Source of the DNA: Felis catus | Taxonomy: Eukaryota | Reading direction: 5' to 3' | Assembly (NCBI RefSeq): GCF_018350175.1 | Contig: NC_058372.1 | Coordinates: 80,042,001-80,106,000 of the forward strand | Length of the DNA: 64,000 nucleotides | Part shown: positions 1 through 12,892 of the stretch, piece after piece | Layout: each line of letters begins with the position of its first letter | Numbering within the stretch: position 1 is the stretch's first letter | The notes under the pieces: generated by a model | The model's input: only the letters and a program-made list of their open reading frames with translations | The model's database searches: none | Told to the model about the DNA's origin: nothing | Position numbers and translations under genes: made by a program

Positions 1-128
1 TCTACCTCTCCTGGGAACTTGTTAGAAATGCATACTTTTAATGCAAATTCTCCACTCCAGACCTACTGAATCACAAAGTCTGGAAGGAGGCCCAGTACTG
101 CTGCCCAGCAAAGTTTGAGAACAACTGG
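1..128. mobile_element. MER5A-like hAT-Charlie MITE fragment
   Basis: gggaacttgttagaaatgca...ccagacctactgaatc...aagtttgagaacaactg, typical MER5 sequence recalled from consensus. Confidence 0.7.
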
Positions 129-580
129 TTCAAGGTATAATATTAATATAGAAAGCAGGATAGTTATATGTGACCTATTGATATAACTATGCAAAAGCAT
201 CAGTAGAAAAGATGCACTGAAAAAGATTGGATGAAAATGACAATAGCTGTAAAAAATGATAATAGGTGTATTGGATGGTAGAATTACAAATTATTTGCTT
301 TTATTTTCAAAATTTTTAGTCATGTCATTATATTGCTCACATATTCTTTTAAGAAACAGGAACTGGGTTGTGGCAGTGCAGTATTTTAGTGTTTTGTACT
401 GACAGGTGGGGTTGAGAGCATCACGAAGAATGTGGCAAGAGGAATGATGCTTGTTTGGACAGGCCCGACATGGCAGATTACACCTGAGGGCCTATAGCTT
501 CCTGGAGAGAATTATCCTAGGTCCTCTTCATCTCATCCTATGGGTCTCAGCCTGGGTCACTCATTAGAATCACCTGGGGA

Positions 581-807
581 GGGGTGCCCAGGTGGCTCAG
601 TCAGTTGAGCATCCAACTTCAGCTCAGCTCATGATCTCACAGTTTGTGGGTTCGAGCCCCACGTCGGGCTCTGTGCTGACAGCTCAAAGCCTGGAGCCTG
701 CTTTGGATTCTGTATCTCCCTCTCTCTCTGCTCCTCCACTGCTTGCACTCTGTCTCTCTCTGTCTCTCAAAAATGAATAAACATTAAAAAAGAAAAGAAA
801 GAAAGAA
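581..807 (+). mobile_element. SINEC_Fc-type Can-SINE with 15-bp TSD agaatcacctgggga (566-580, 808-822), inserted in a MER5-like element
   Basis: tRNA-like head, CT tract, A-rich tail, exact TSD. Confidence 0.93.
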
Positions 808-1124
808 AGAATCACCTGGGGAGGGTCTATTGTTAATAGATGTCTGGGCTCCACCACAAGTTGAGCCAGAAATGCTGGAGACAGGGCTCAGGCATCAATA
901 TAGATGGACAGAAGAACAGACCAACCTGCCCAAGTGATTTGGATGTACAGTGAGAGTAGAAAACCTCTCTCCTCATCCTTGAGATTTAAAGAAACCAGGT
1001 TATATCCAGAGGTCATCATCTGGGCATCTTGGGAGCTTCCTAACACTGAGACATGGAACCCTTCTGCTAGAAGAGAGCTTCACCCACCTCACCCCCCAGC
1101 AAGCAGGCGGCAGGTAGAATGGTG

Positions 1125-1390
1125 GGTCAGAGCTTGGGGGCCAGAGTCAGACGGCTTAGGGGTGAAACCAGACTCTACTTACTTGCTGTATGACATAGAA
1201 AAGGTGACAGGGTCCCTCCATGCCTCAGTTTCATCACCTGTAAAATGGAAATTCCTCATCTTAATAGTGCCTACCTCATAGAGTCATGGGCCGGCGGGGG
1301 GGGGGGGGGGGGGATTAAATGAGCTAATACAGGTAAAAGTCTTAAGATAGTGCCTGTCATGTAAGTATCCCATAAGTGTTAGCTGCTGCT
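1125..1390 (+). mobile_element. MIR, containing a G18 run at 1296-1313
   Basis: core gcctcagtttcatcacctgtaaaatgg...aatagtgcctacctcatag. Confidence 0.8.
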
Positions 1391-2831
1391 GTCTCTTGCT
1401 CATGTCCTTATTATTAGTGGTCTTCCCAATCCCTCTAGGGCCTGGGTTGAGTTGAGTTGAACAGGTTATTGAACTGGGGTAGGTCCCAGGACAAATGGAG
1501 GCTTCAAAAATTTCTTTGTCTTATTCATAGTTCACAGTCTTTTCTCCTTTTCCCATTTCTTTCATTGGCCATTCCTAGGGGCATGAAAATGATGGCAGTT
1601 GCATCCTTGAGTCTAAATCATTCAAATACCCCTCTAAGGGTCAGTTGTTATTTGCCCCCTCACACTTAAGGGGATTGCAGCCTTCCCCATTTGTCAGGCT
1701 TGACCTTGGGGTATCCCTGCTGGGAGCAGCCACTTCCCGGATTGGCTCTACTTTTGTTGCTTTTCACAATAGAATGTTCTAGAAAACAATTACATATCTG
1801 CTTCTTTCTCTCCACCTTTGGGTGGTGGTGGTGGTGGTGTGGTGTGTGTGTGTGTATGTGTGTGTTTAAGGGAGTTGGTCTTGTGTTAGGAAACCCAGGG
1901 AACGGGAGTGGACAGCTTCAGGTTCGGTGGGAAACTGATTCCTATTGCCTTTGATGCTGCTGTACTTTTAGCTGGTGCTAGAAAGGGAGCCAGACATGTG
2001 AGGAGGACATTCACCCTTCTCAGAGAAGTCCTCATGTCACTGTTGCACCTGCTTAAGTACTAATGAAACCCCCAGTTGTTTACACTTCCCCTGAGGGGCT
2101 GAGACATCCAAGAACCTAGAGCACCCCTAGACTCTCCATTTCTTTGAGGCCAAGCCTGGAATTGGAATTTGCTCCCATGTCCCTGGTAGCCTCAGCCTGC
2201 CTGTGCTTGAGGAACACTGGCTTCTCTTTGACATGGCCCTGTACCATCCCAGAAGCAACTTGCTTCCTCGTCATGGAAGGCACAGTCCTGACCTCAGGGA
2301 GATTATAGCCTGGTTGGAAGAAAATGCCAGTGCCCAGGGTGACATTCAAAACAGAATGTGCTGGTTTCCTAGGAGGAAGCTGAGGCACTGTGGGAGCAGA
2401 GAAGACAAGACCAGGAATGTTTCTTGCTGAGTCAGAGAAGGCAAAGTTTGGAGAAGGGCATTGCCAGGAAGGAAGGCCCATCCAGCAGAAACACAGAGAC
2501 CAGAAACTGTGGGCTGTATTTCAAAGATGGAAGTGGACACGTGGATCAGGACTGGCCAGTAGGAAATGACCCTTCAGCTAGGGGCCCATTTGGCCATCCA
2601 AGTGATCTGATTTCCAGCCCTTCACCCAAGTCTGTTTGCCATTGAAAATATCTCACTGGTCTTTGTTAAGGCAGAGGTGCAAAGGTGTCAAGGAGAGGGA
2701 ACAATTGGGGTGTCTTCAGGGGTGAGGGCTCAGGACAGCTGGAAGGGAAAAAAACCCTGTCTTCGATGGTGGATGTTACTCTTATTTCAAGCCTAATGGG
2801 GTGGATAGTGCAGGCTATTCCTGTTTTATAA

Positions 2832-3021
2832 TTTTTTAAATGTGTATTTATTTATTTTGAGAGAGTGAAAGCAGGGGAGGGGTAGAGAGAGAAGGAGAGA
2901 GAGAATTTCAAGCAGGCTCTGCACCCCCCAAATGGGGGCCTGATTACATGAACTGTGAGATCATGACCTGAACCAAAATCAGGAGTCAGACACTTAACCA
3001 ACTGAGCCAACCAGGCACCCC
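2832..3021 (-). mobile_element. Can-SINE (older)
   Basis: reverse head ccaggcacccc, GA tract, degenerate TSD. Confidence 0.85.
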
Positions 3022-4712
3022 AGCCTCTTCCTATATTATAGGTGAGAAAATGGGCTCAGGAGAGTGTTGTGGACAAAGTCCCATAGGGGTGATTAGTCAG
3101 AGCTGGGATTTGAACTGGGCACGTCAGGCTCCGTTGCCTCCAGCCTGTCCTTTCTGCAGAGAGAGGATTCTCTGTTGACTTTGGATGCCAGTCCAAGGCA
3201 TCTTGTTAGTAATTTATAGTTTCGAAAGCACCTTCCCAGGTATGACCTGGTTTGAACCACAGCACCATTTCCTTCTGTCTTCTGCTTATTTGTGTTCACT
3301 TGGGCAAACCCTTTTGCCTCCTTGTGCCTCAGCTTCCAACCAGTCACATCTGGTTCCTGACAAGGATGTTCTTCAGGCTTCCCTGATCTGACACCCTGAG
3401 ATTCCTTGTCCTTTGTCCTCTTTTCCAGGCTCTCTCCAGCAAACTCTCCTCATCATGGTTTATGTTTTCAGTTGCTCAGAAGCACTTGTGTCCTACCATC
3501 CTGTCGGCCTTCCTCACAGCACACACATCCGTCTCCTCGCGAGAGTAACAAACTTTCTGTGTGTCATAATGCCTAGAAACTTGGTGAAGGTCATTTTCTG
3601 ATGTCCTTAACAAGGACACGTGATGACAGATGGAGCCTGGGACCAGGCCCAGTGAGTGGAACCTGCTTATTTTGCTCCATCTGATCAGCTGTGGACTTTC
3701 ATGGAAAGAATCAAGGTTAAGCAGTGTGCACTGAGACAGTTGCTAGCCAAGGAAGGTCACTCCATCTCTTCTCAGACATTGCCTTTTTATGAAGGCTTTT
3801 TATAGCCCACTTTGTTGGGAGTAACTTTTTTCTTAATTAAGAATTCTAATTTTAAAGTGAGCTCTGACCTCTTTCTTTACAGAATCATTCTAGTGCTTTG
3901 ATTGCATTTCATGCGTAGAAATTAAGATCCTTTATTGTCTGCTATCTGTGTTTCCCTCCACGGCTGGTTACCCATGGCAAACTGACACTTTATGGAGATC
4001 ATAAATGGGTTTATTCCGCTAGAATATCAATAAAGGTCTTTGGAGAATTTTATTGAGGTGTAGAGGGATGTAAGAGACTATTTCTCCCTTATTAAGAGAC
4101 CCATATGAGCCCGTCAGGGTGTGTTTCAGTATGGATGGGAGCCAGTGGCTAAATGATTTTTGAAGCAGGAGGTAGATTTCTTCACAGTGAACTTGAAGGG
4201 AAAAGCAAAGGAAATATGATGTCCCCTTTAGAATTTGGAGTTTCGCAAGGTCAGTTCTCTGGATAGAAGTTGATTTACACTGAAGAGTTATTCTGGGTGT
4301 TACCCTCCGTGTTATACTAGAGGGCTATTGAAGAAACAGTCCTTTCTGTGACCCGATCACAAGGCTAAGAAGCCTACTCAGGTGCACAGGGAGACGTGCA
4401 CACAAGTGCGTTCTGCAAACCACTGAAAAGAACCTGGATGCCCATCAGTAGGGAATGGGTGAATAATGAATAAATGATCTGGAACTACATGCGACAATAT
4501 GAGAAGAAATCTTACAAAAATATGACATTGGACAAAAATTGCCAAGTGATATTTTAAGAGTTTAATGCTATTTATGTAAGGTTCTAAAATAAGCAAAACA
4601 ATATTTATTATCTATGGCTATACCCACGTAGCAAAATATGTAATTAAAGGCAAAGGAATGAAAAATACCAAATTTAATTTAATTTAATTTAATTTAAGAA
4701 TACCAATACCTT

Positions 4713-4827
4713 GTGGTGCCTGGCTGGCTCGGTCGGTAGAGCATACAACTCTTGATCTTGGGGTTGTGAGTTTAAGCCCCATCTTGGGTGTAGAGATTAT
4801 TTAAAAATAAAATCTTAAAAAAAAAAG
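4713..4827 (+). mobile_element. short tRNA-derived Can-SINE lacking the CT tract
   Basis: A/B-box-like head, A tail. Confidence 0.75.
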
Positions 4828-4980
4828 AGTGATTACCTCTGGAGCTGAAGGGAAATGAAATCTGGGAGGGGTTCAAAAGGAACATCTATAATTTCTCTAA
4901 GGTTTTCTTAAAGTGACTTGTAGGTATGTACATTTAAAAATATTCATATTTTTGAATGGCTGAAATATTTTGTAATTTTA

Positions 4981-5198
4981 TTTTATTTAAATATTTTTTT
5001 TAATGTTTACTTATTTTTGAGAGAGATAGAGTGGGAGCTGGGAAGGGGCAGAGAGAGAGGGAGACACGGAATACACAGCAGGTTCCAGGCTCCAAGCTGT
5101 CATCACAGAACCCAATGCAGGGCTCAAACTCATGAAATGTGAGATCATGACCTGAGCCGAAGTCAACGGCTTAACGGACTGAGCCACCCAGGCGCCCC
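4981..5198 (-). mobile_element. SINEC_Fc with TSD tattttgtaatttta (4966-80, 5199-5213)
   Basis: full body, exact 15-bp TSD. Confidence 0.93.
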
Positions 5199-5690
5199 TA
5201 TTTTGTAATTTTAAATTTTGTTTCAAAAAAGGGAGAACCTATTCAGAACAGTCTGGCCAGTAGTTTCAAATTTTAATAATCACTAACCAGATTTTTCTGG
5301 GGCTGATTAGCTTGACCTTTTGCTGTTCTTTCATCTTTTGCCCCATCTGATTCATTGTGACCACTTCATCATCCCTGAGTGTTAGCACCAAGGAGAAAAT
5401 AAGAGAAAACATGAAACTCTTCATTTTCCTATTTGTTTGATGAGTGTGGAGTAGAAATTATGCACCAAAGGAAATCTTCGCGTTTTCAGCATATTTTATT
5501 CATTTATTACAATGCCAATTACAAAGGTTAACAGAGACAAACTTGAATTCTGAGTAAATATATAAGGATCTCCTGCCGAACTGATGGGGAAGGGGGCTCC
5601 GACTGTGTAAAGCTTGCTCTAGGGCCACACCTGCCTCTAGGGAAGTGGTTTTGATATCCTGTTCTGAAATCAGTGTTTCCTTTGCATTAA

Positions 5691-5960
<270 letters not shown>

Positions 5961-6115
5961 TGAAGACCTATCCTGGGACCCATTCTCAGTAGCAAGCTAT
6001 AGTTTGCAAGTTTGGGGCGGTTTTCCCATCATGGTTCATGTGCTATCTAGTATCATCTACGTCTAGAGCCTCAAAGGCATATTGTCTATGTCCTGTCTTG
6101 GTGTGAAGGAGCACA

Positions 6116-6116
<1 letters not shown>

Positions 6117-6154
<38 letters not shown>
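6117..6154. repeat. (CA)19 microsatellite
   Basis: read directly. Confidence 0.95.
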
Positions 6155-6158
<4 letters not shown>

Positions 6159-6391
6159 TGAGTGTGGGCAAGGCCTGTGGGAAATGTGTCATTGACCAAG
6201 CTTACCGTTAGAGAAAAAGTGGGGCTTAAAAACTTGACTTTTTCCTCTTCTCACTTTGATTTCTCTTAGGATACGTTTAGTTTAAAAGGACCTGTTCAAA
6301 TAAAAAATTAACATATCATGGAATCCAAGAAAAAGGAAGCATCCTGAAAGAGTTTCCTCTCATGTTATGCCTTTATTAAGACTCAGTCTCT

Positions 6392-6509
6392 GGGGCACCT
6401 GGGTGGCTCAGTCAGCTGAGAGTGTTCAACTCTTGATCTCAGCGTCATTAATTCAAGCCCCCATTGGGTTCTGCACTGGGCATGAAGCCGACTTAAAAAA
6501 AAAAAAAAA
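6392..6509 (+). mobile_element. short Can-SINE lacking the CT tract
   Basis: ggggcacctgggtggctcagtc head, A tail. Confidence 0.75.
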
Positions 6510-9500
6510 GACTTTGAGTTTCTTCATTCAGATTATGTAGACAAAGACTCCAATTGGCTCCTCTACAGTCAAGTATTCATTCCTGACTCAATCACCAGTG
6601 GTGGGGATGAGGTCATGTGGTGCACAGGGTTGCCTATTGGATCTTTGAGGAAGTAGATTCTCTAAGAAGAGGATATAAATAAGATGAAATCATTGTTTTA
6701 TGTACAGGCAGAAGGCTGTCCAGTATCGTTCATAAATCTCTGGTTATATTTGGAATCGTTGGGCCATCAAAAATGTTACTTTCAAAAGATGCTGATTTAA
6801 CTTTCAGCTGTTGATTTCTACCTTGGGTCATAATACATTTTCCCTACTCTGTAACCATGATAACATTCCTGATTCTATCATATCCTTAGATGACAGGAGT
6901 GAAAATACAAGGGGAGAGAAGAGATTCTAACCACAGAAAAGGCAGGGCATTGGGATGCTGGTGCAAACATGTTGGGATGCCTCTGGTCTTCTCTTTGCAT
7001 AATTGAAGTCCTCACTGGCCATGGTGGCAAGGCTACCATGCCAGGTCCGCCAACTCCTGCCTCAGCTCTTGAGCTCCAAGAATCACTGTGTTCTCATGCA
7101 GCAAGAGCCATGCTAACTTCTTAGAACTGTGGGCGTTTATATCAGGCAAGGTAGGAAGTAAAATAGGAGTTTTCACAAGGTAGCTAAGGGGAGACATGTC
7201 AGCAAAAGGAAATTCACCTCTACTTTTGGATGGGAACAATGTGTTTCATTTATTGGAATAATGTATTTTCTTGCATCTTCTCCTTGCCCTAATCAATCTG
7301 TACATTGCTTGTCCCTGATAACTTAAATCAAGACAGACAAACAAAACAGAAGCACCAGAACAAAACAGTGTAAAAGCTGCTGGGAATGGAGAAGGTAGAA
7401 TTCTGAAGTAATGTGTTCACCAGAATGTTGTTCACGTCTCTCTTCTACGTATTTACCATGCCTGTTGATCGGCTTTGAAACTTAATGCAAGAATCTGAAG
7501 AAGAAAACTATATGTGTTTTTTTAAAGAAGCTGGGATATTAATTATTGGAAATAATCAGTTCAGAAGTTACCTGTCTTGGATGATGGGTAGAAATAGAGA
7601 ATGTTAATATTATGAAGAATTTACTTCTAACTTCATATTCTACAGATACGTTCCTTATGTCACGGTAAGGACTGAGAATTAGTTGAAGAATGACCTCCAG
7701 TGGCCTGGAGTGGGATTATTATGAATTTCAACCTGTGGAAACCAGTTCTTTAGAATATGCAACTCCAGGAGAAAATTCCCCTTGGCTTCCTGCCAATCCT
7801 GTCAACACACATTGGAGCTCTAATGCCATCTCTGATTGGTCAATGAGCAACCACACGGCCCCTACCTCAGAAATAGCCCAGGACCCTGTGGCCATGATAA
7901 AAGCCATGAAGGAAGAAAAAAATAAGAAAAACCAGAGAAGAAAGGCTAGGAAGAACCCTAGAAGATCAGAGAGAGAACAAGAGGTCAGCAATTTGCTTTG
8001 CACACCTACGCTGTCTCGGGCTTCCTTGCAACATGTCTGTCTGTGCCTCCTGGGAGGGATTCCTCCTGAAGAGGGACATGTTCCACCTTTGCATGACTCG
8101 GGTTTCTTCCATGAGCTTAGCTTTGAAATCTGCCTGCACTGTGCTCATTCTTTTTCACCATGTAGGAGAGAGAACTAAAAGCATTGTGAAACAAATATTG
8201 AGACCTCAGAGGTTCCAAACGCCTTAAGTTCCCAAAGTGAGAAACACTGAAGTCAGAAAAATTGAGAGCTGGCAGTTCACGCACTTTGCAAACAGGTCAG
8301 CATGTTCCAAATCAAAATGCCAAACTGCAAGGTTGCTGGCTCTCCGAGTTTCCCACTGCAGTGTTTTTCCTTCTGCTTCTTTGTAGTTAATCATTTGGCA
8401 AATACTTCTTGGGCACCTGTAGTGGCCAGGGCACTGTGCTAAAGCACTTAGCTAGATGATGCCATAAAGAGGCAGCTCCAACCCCACAGAGGGACCTGAT
8501 CTTTTTTAAGGCCTGCACTGGGGCTAATTGACTTCATAGGGTGGAACGAGCTTGGAGTAGGTGCAAAGAGCCTTGACAGGTTGAATTCTGGTTTGACCAT
8601 GCTACCCCGAATTAGCGGGTTATCCTAGGCTAGGCGCTGAACTGCCCTGAGCCTTAGTTTTTCGTTTTTTGTTTTTATCAATAAAATGATGCCACTTGGA
8701 GTACAGTAGAGAGTCAACAAATATGCATTGAACAAGTAACTGCTGACAAGAGTTTCATATTTTTTCTAGCATCTTTTTTCAAAGTTTCAGAATTTCAGGG
8801 TTTATTTATATCATAGAAATAAGGATTATGTCAAAGATGCTGCTTGGGTCTCTTAATAAGTATGTATTGAGGACACATTTTATTGTCTTCTGGGTCCTAT
8901 TTCACAGAGGAAATGTTCCCACAGTAAATTTTAGAGGAGGAAGGTGATTTCCAGGAAATTGGCCCTATTTCAATTGAGGGTCTCAGGTGCTTTATTGTAT
9001 TGTGTTCTGGGAAGAGTAGCCTGAGATAGATAGCCCAAGGTGTCCCTTTGCTTATGTATTTCATGTCTCTCTGAGTTTAACTCTCATCTTGGTAACTTTA
9101 GGGTAGCTGGGTTTTTAGGCCAGAGAAAGTGTCTTACTCAGTCCTCCAGAATTGTCCCGTGTAGTGTTCCCAAAGCTAATGTTAGAGCTAAAGGGCAGCC
9201 ACTTATGGTGGAAAGGCTGATGTTGGTGCCTTCCCAGCAGTGTTTATCCAACTCATGAGGCCAGGACCCAGGCTGAGTGAGGTCTCAGAGGGGAGTAAAG
9301 ACGGAGGGGAAGCTATGGCCTGGAGGTCACTACAGGAGACACCGGTGCCAGTGGCTTAGGACAATTTGTGTTCTCACTGCAACCTCACAGAAGTCGTTAG
9401 ATCTCCTTGAGTCTCGATAATCCACCTGGGAATTTCAAAAGGCTAAACTGAAAGTTAGATTTAGCTTCTTTCACTGAGTTAGAGTTTCGCAAAGGAAAGT

Positions 9501-11883
9501 CCTCTCCACAGGGAAGCAAAAACAGTAGATTCATGCTGAGAGCAAGTAATAAATAATGGTGATGTTCTGGCTCCAAAGCTGCCTCAACTCGTGATTTAGT
9601 GGCAGCTTGTGAAACACAATAAACCATTGACCTGTAGCAAGGCTTAGGTTAGAATGTGCCTTAACCAGCAGAGGCCCTTTGTGCCATGACTCGCATGGAA
9701 GAGTGGCCAACACGACCCATGAGTTTGAGGCTTTGTGCATGACAGGGACAGAACCTATTATGCAAAAATGTTGGTGGAGTGCTGAGTAGAGTGCCAGCAG
9801 TCTGTGGGAATATGAAAAGGGCTTGTCGGTGTTTACTCTGGAGGAGTGAGCTGTGGTCTCCTCTTTCTTGCCAAGAACAGAGCACCATCTTTCTCATCAG
9901 GTCATAAACTGCACTTGAGGTCCATTTTGGGAAAACTTGTCACCATTCTGATGGGGAAATGCCAGTCTTGGAAATTCTTATAAAGTTAAGACTTGGGCAG
10001 TTTCTCATAGTATTACTTGTTTGGACATTAAGTGTACATCATCTGGAAACACTCCTGAAGATGTTTGAGACGGACATTAATGGCTTTACACACCTCCTGC
10101 AGCCACTGATCCAGTGGCCACATTCTCTTGTGACTAAAAGGCATGCAGAAAGGGTTCTTGAGTGAGGGGTCTGGGAAGATGCATGAGAAGAAAGCCATGT
10201 CCAAACCTAATTTATACTGGGAATAAGGATTTAGGATGCCAAGGGGAGGGTTCATGATAGAAATGCTGTGGACAGTGGATAAATCATAATAATGGAGCTG
10301 GATGTCCTGACCCATCACTGTGTAAATCCCTTAAATTCTACAATTGAACAGTGAGAAAAGATTATAAGATGTGGACAATCCCATTATTAATATATATTGT
10401 TACAGCTTAGACTTTTAATAAATAGCAGTGTTTGCTGTTGCTAAAATTATATGTGTTAAATATAAAAAGTTGGAAAGTATTAAAAATTATGAGGAAGAAA
10501 ATAAAAATCATTTCCCCTCATGGATTTTTAAACGGAGGGTTTTTTTTTTAATTTTAAGAAAGTGAATTTGAGTTTTAAATAGCATCAAGTGCTTTTTTAT
10601 TGTGATAAAATGCATGTAACATAAAATTTACCATTTTAACCATTTTTTACTGTACACTCAGTGGCATTGAGTGCATTCACGTTGTTGTACAACCATTACC
10701 ACCATCCATCTCCAGAATTTATTCTTGGATTAAGTGCTTTTAATGTGCACTGTTGTTGGTTATAGATTCCAGGGTGTTCGGTAAGTAGACTCAGCATTTC
10801 ATTAAGGCTATTTATAGGTAGCAGTGCGTCCCTCTTTTCAAAATCCCCATGTTTTCTGTCTTATAATAGTCTCTCTTTCCTCTCTTGGGCTCAGGACAAG
10901 GGATGCCACAGGAGGTGTCTTTGCCCCTCTGGTGCTCCACCAGAACATTTTATGTATGCAAAACTCTTACCAACCAAATCCTAGAACCCAAGAAGGGAAG
11001 GGAGAGACCTTGGAGGTCATCCACCCCTCAACCCAAGGCGCAGCAAGGTGGCCAGTGTTTCCCAAGGCTGTGTAAGACTCACATCTCCTGAACCCCTTGC
11101 CCCGTACCCCTTCCTTCCTATGAGAAGTTTTCCACACTGTTCACCTTTCTCCCCATTTCAGTTTGGACCCCAGGCTAGACTTGATTTGTCTCAACTGGAC
11201 TTCCTGCGTACATGTCAGAGATGAGATTGCTCTTAGAGACTTTAGAACTCTCTCTTATCTTGACCATCTTACCTCCTCTCTAATGCAGTTGGGGCAAGAG
11301 TCAAGTTCCCTTTGGTGCCCTGATGGAGAAAGAGAAGGTCGGCAGTCCCAGGCATCTGATTATAGAAAAAGGGGTCCAATACATCATAAGTCAGTGAGGA
11401 TGCTGTCATGAAATATCAGAAGAGGCTTCATAGACTTACACAATGACTTACACAGCTTGTAAACCTGGAGTCCTCAGATGACACAGCATAAACCCCTCCA
11501 TTGCTCTCGGCCCATAAAGTCAATAAAAAAAAAATACGTACCCATCATCAAATCATGAGTGTTGCTAACTGGCATGGCTGGATAGTCATTCCTCCGAGAG
11601 AAAGTGGGGAGTAGAGAACTCAATGGGGAGTAAAGATTGCTGGTTTAATTGTATCACACACACAGTCTAGCTTTTCACAGATGTGACAGTCATATTCCCT
11701 CTGAACACTGCCTTTCCTTGGGGTGGCGGGTGAGTGCCTGACCCTCATTCCAAGGTCAGCTCTGGAGCTGTTTTGTGGTTGGTTTGAGATTCCCACTAAG
11801 TTTGTGAACAAAAATGCTCCACCTGGCAGGGTGACCAGTCTGTTGCAATCGAGGATGGAGATGTCCTTGTGTCAGAGTAGTGA

Positions 11884-12063
<180 letters not shown>

Positions 12064-12445
12064 TGAGGACCCTGCTTGGGGAACTTGTGACGACTCAATA
12101 TGTTATCATTGCTGAGTCCTATTTATCGTGAGTTAACATGGTAAATTCAGCCTTTCTTTTGCAAGAGTATCCAATATCCCAATAAATATTAATTTTTTTG
12201 ATCCCTTACCCTGTTCTGTGGCAGCAGTGGGCAACCACATATGTATAAATGGTAAAGAAAAAAGTCTAGAAATAATGATCTGTGGAGGCTTGGGTGGGGA
12301 AAGGGATGTGCCCCGGACTCTATTTCCAATTTTTTTTTTTGAAGGAAAGTGAGCAAGTTAATTTATTTAAACAATATTGGAAGAAAAACAATAAGCAAAA
12401 TCAATTCTTTAACAAATCCCAATGACATATTGATTTGTTGCTTTT

Positions 12446-12646
12446 ATTTATTTATTTTTGAGAGACAGAGAAAGACAGAACACATGTGAGGGAGAAGAAG
12501 AGAGAGGAGGAGACACAAAATCCGAAGCAGGCTCCAGGCTCTGAGCTGTCAGCACAGAGCCCGCTGCGGGGCTTGAACTCATGAACCGTGAGATATGACC
12601 TCAGCCAAAGTCTGACGCTTTACCTACTGAGCCATCCAGGTGCTCC
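12446..12646 (-). mobile_element. SINEC_Fc with TSD tgatttgttgctttt (12431-45, 12647-61)
   Basis: full body, exact TSD. Confidence 0.92.
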
Positions 12647-12679
12647 TGATTTGTTGCTTTTAAATTGTTAAACAGCCTT

Positions 12680-12892
12680 GGGGTGCCTGGGTGGCTCAGT
12701 CGGTTAAGCAACTGACTTCGGCTCAGGTCATATCTCATGGTTCGTGAGTTCAAGCCCCGCAGCGGGCTCTGTGCTGACAGCTCAGAGCCTGGAGCCTGCT
12801 TTGGATTCTGTGTCTCCTCTTCTCTCTGCCCCTCTCTCACTTGTGCTCTGTCTTTTCTGTCTCTCAAAAATAAATAAATGTAATAAAAAAAT
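12680..12892 (+). mobile_element. SINEC_Fc, head-to-head with the previous copy; TSD core aaattgttaaaca
   Basis: full body; TSD core at 12662-74 and 12893-905. Confidence 0.92.

Noticed and set aside
581-660. tRNA-like A and B boxes
   Set aside because: Heads of tRNA-derived SINEs; no cloverleaf 3' half; no true tRNA gene found
592-780. Recurring ORFs of the type MAQSVE/KxxTSAQ... (also 5011, 12601, 13989, 31900, 34404, 39527, 54386, 54716, 62245)
   Set aside because: They are translations of Can-SINE bodies, not genes
7984-8178. C-terminal 64 aa of the 162-aa ORF 7690..8178
   Set aside because: Lies beyond the in-frame donor at 7984 and looks like intronic run-on, though an unspliced form is not excluded
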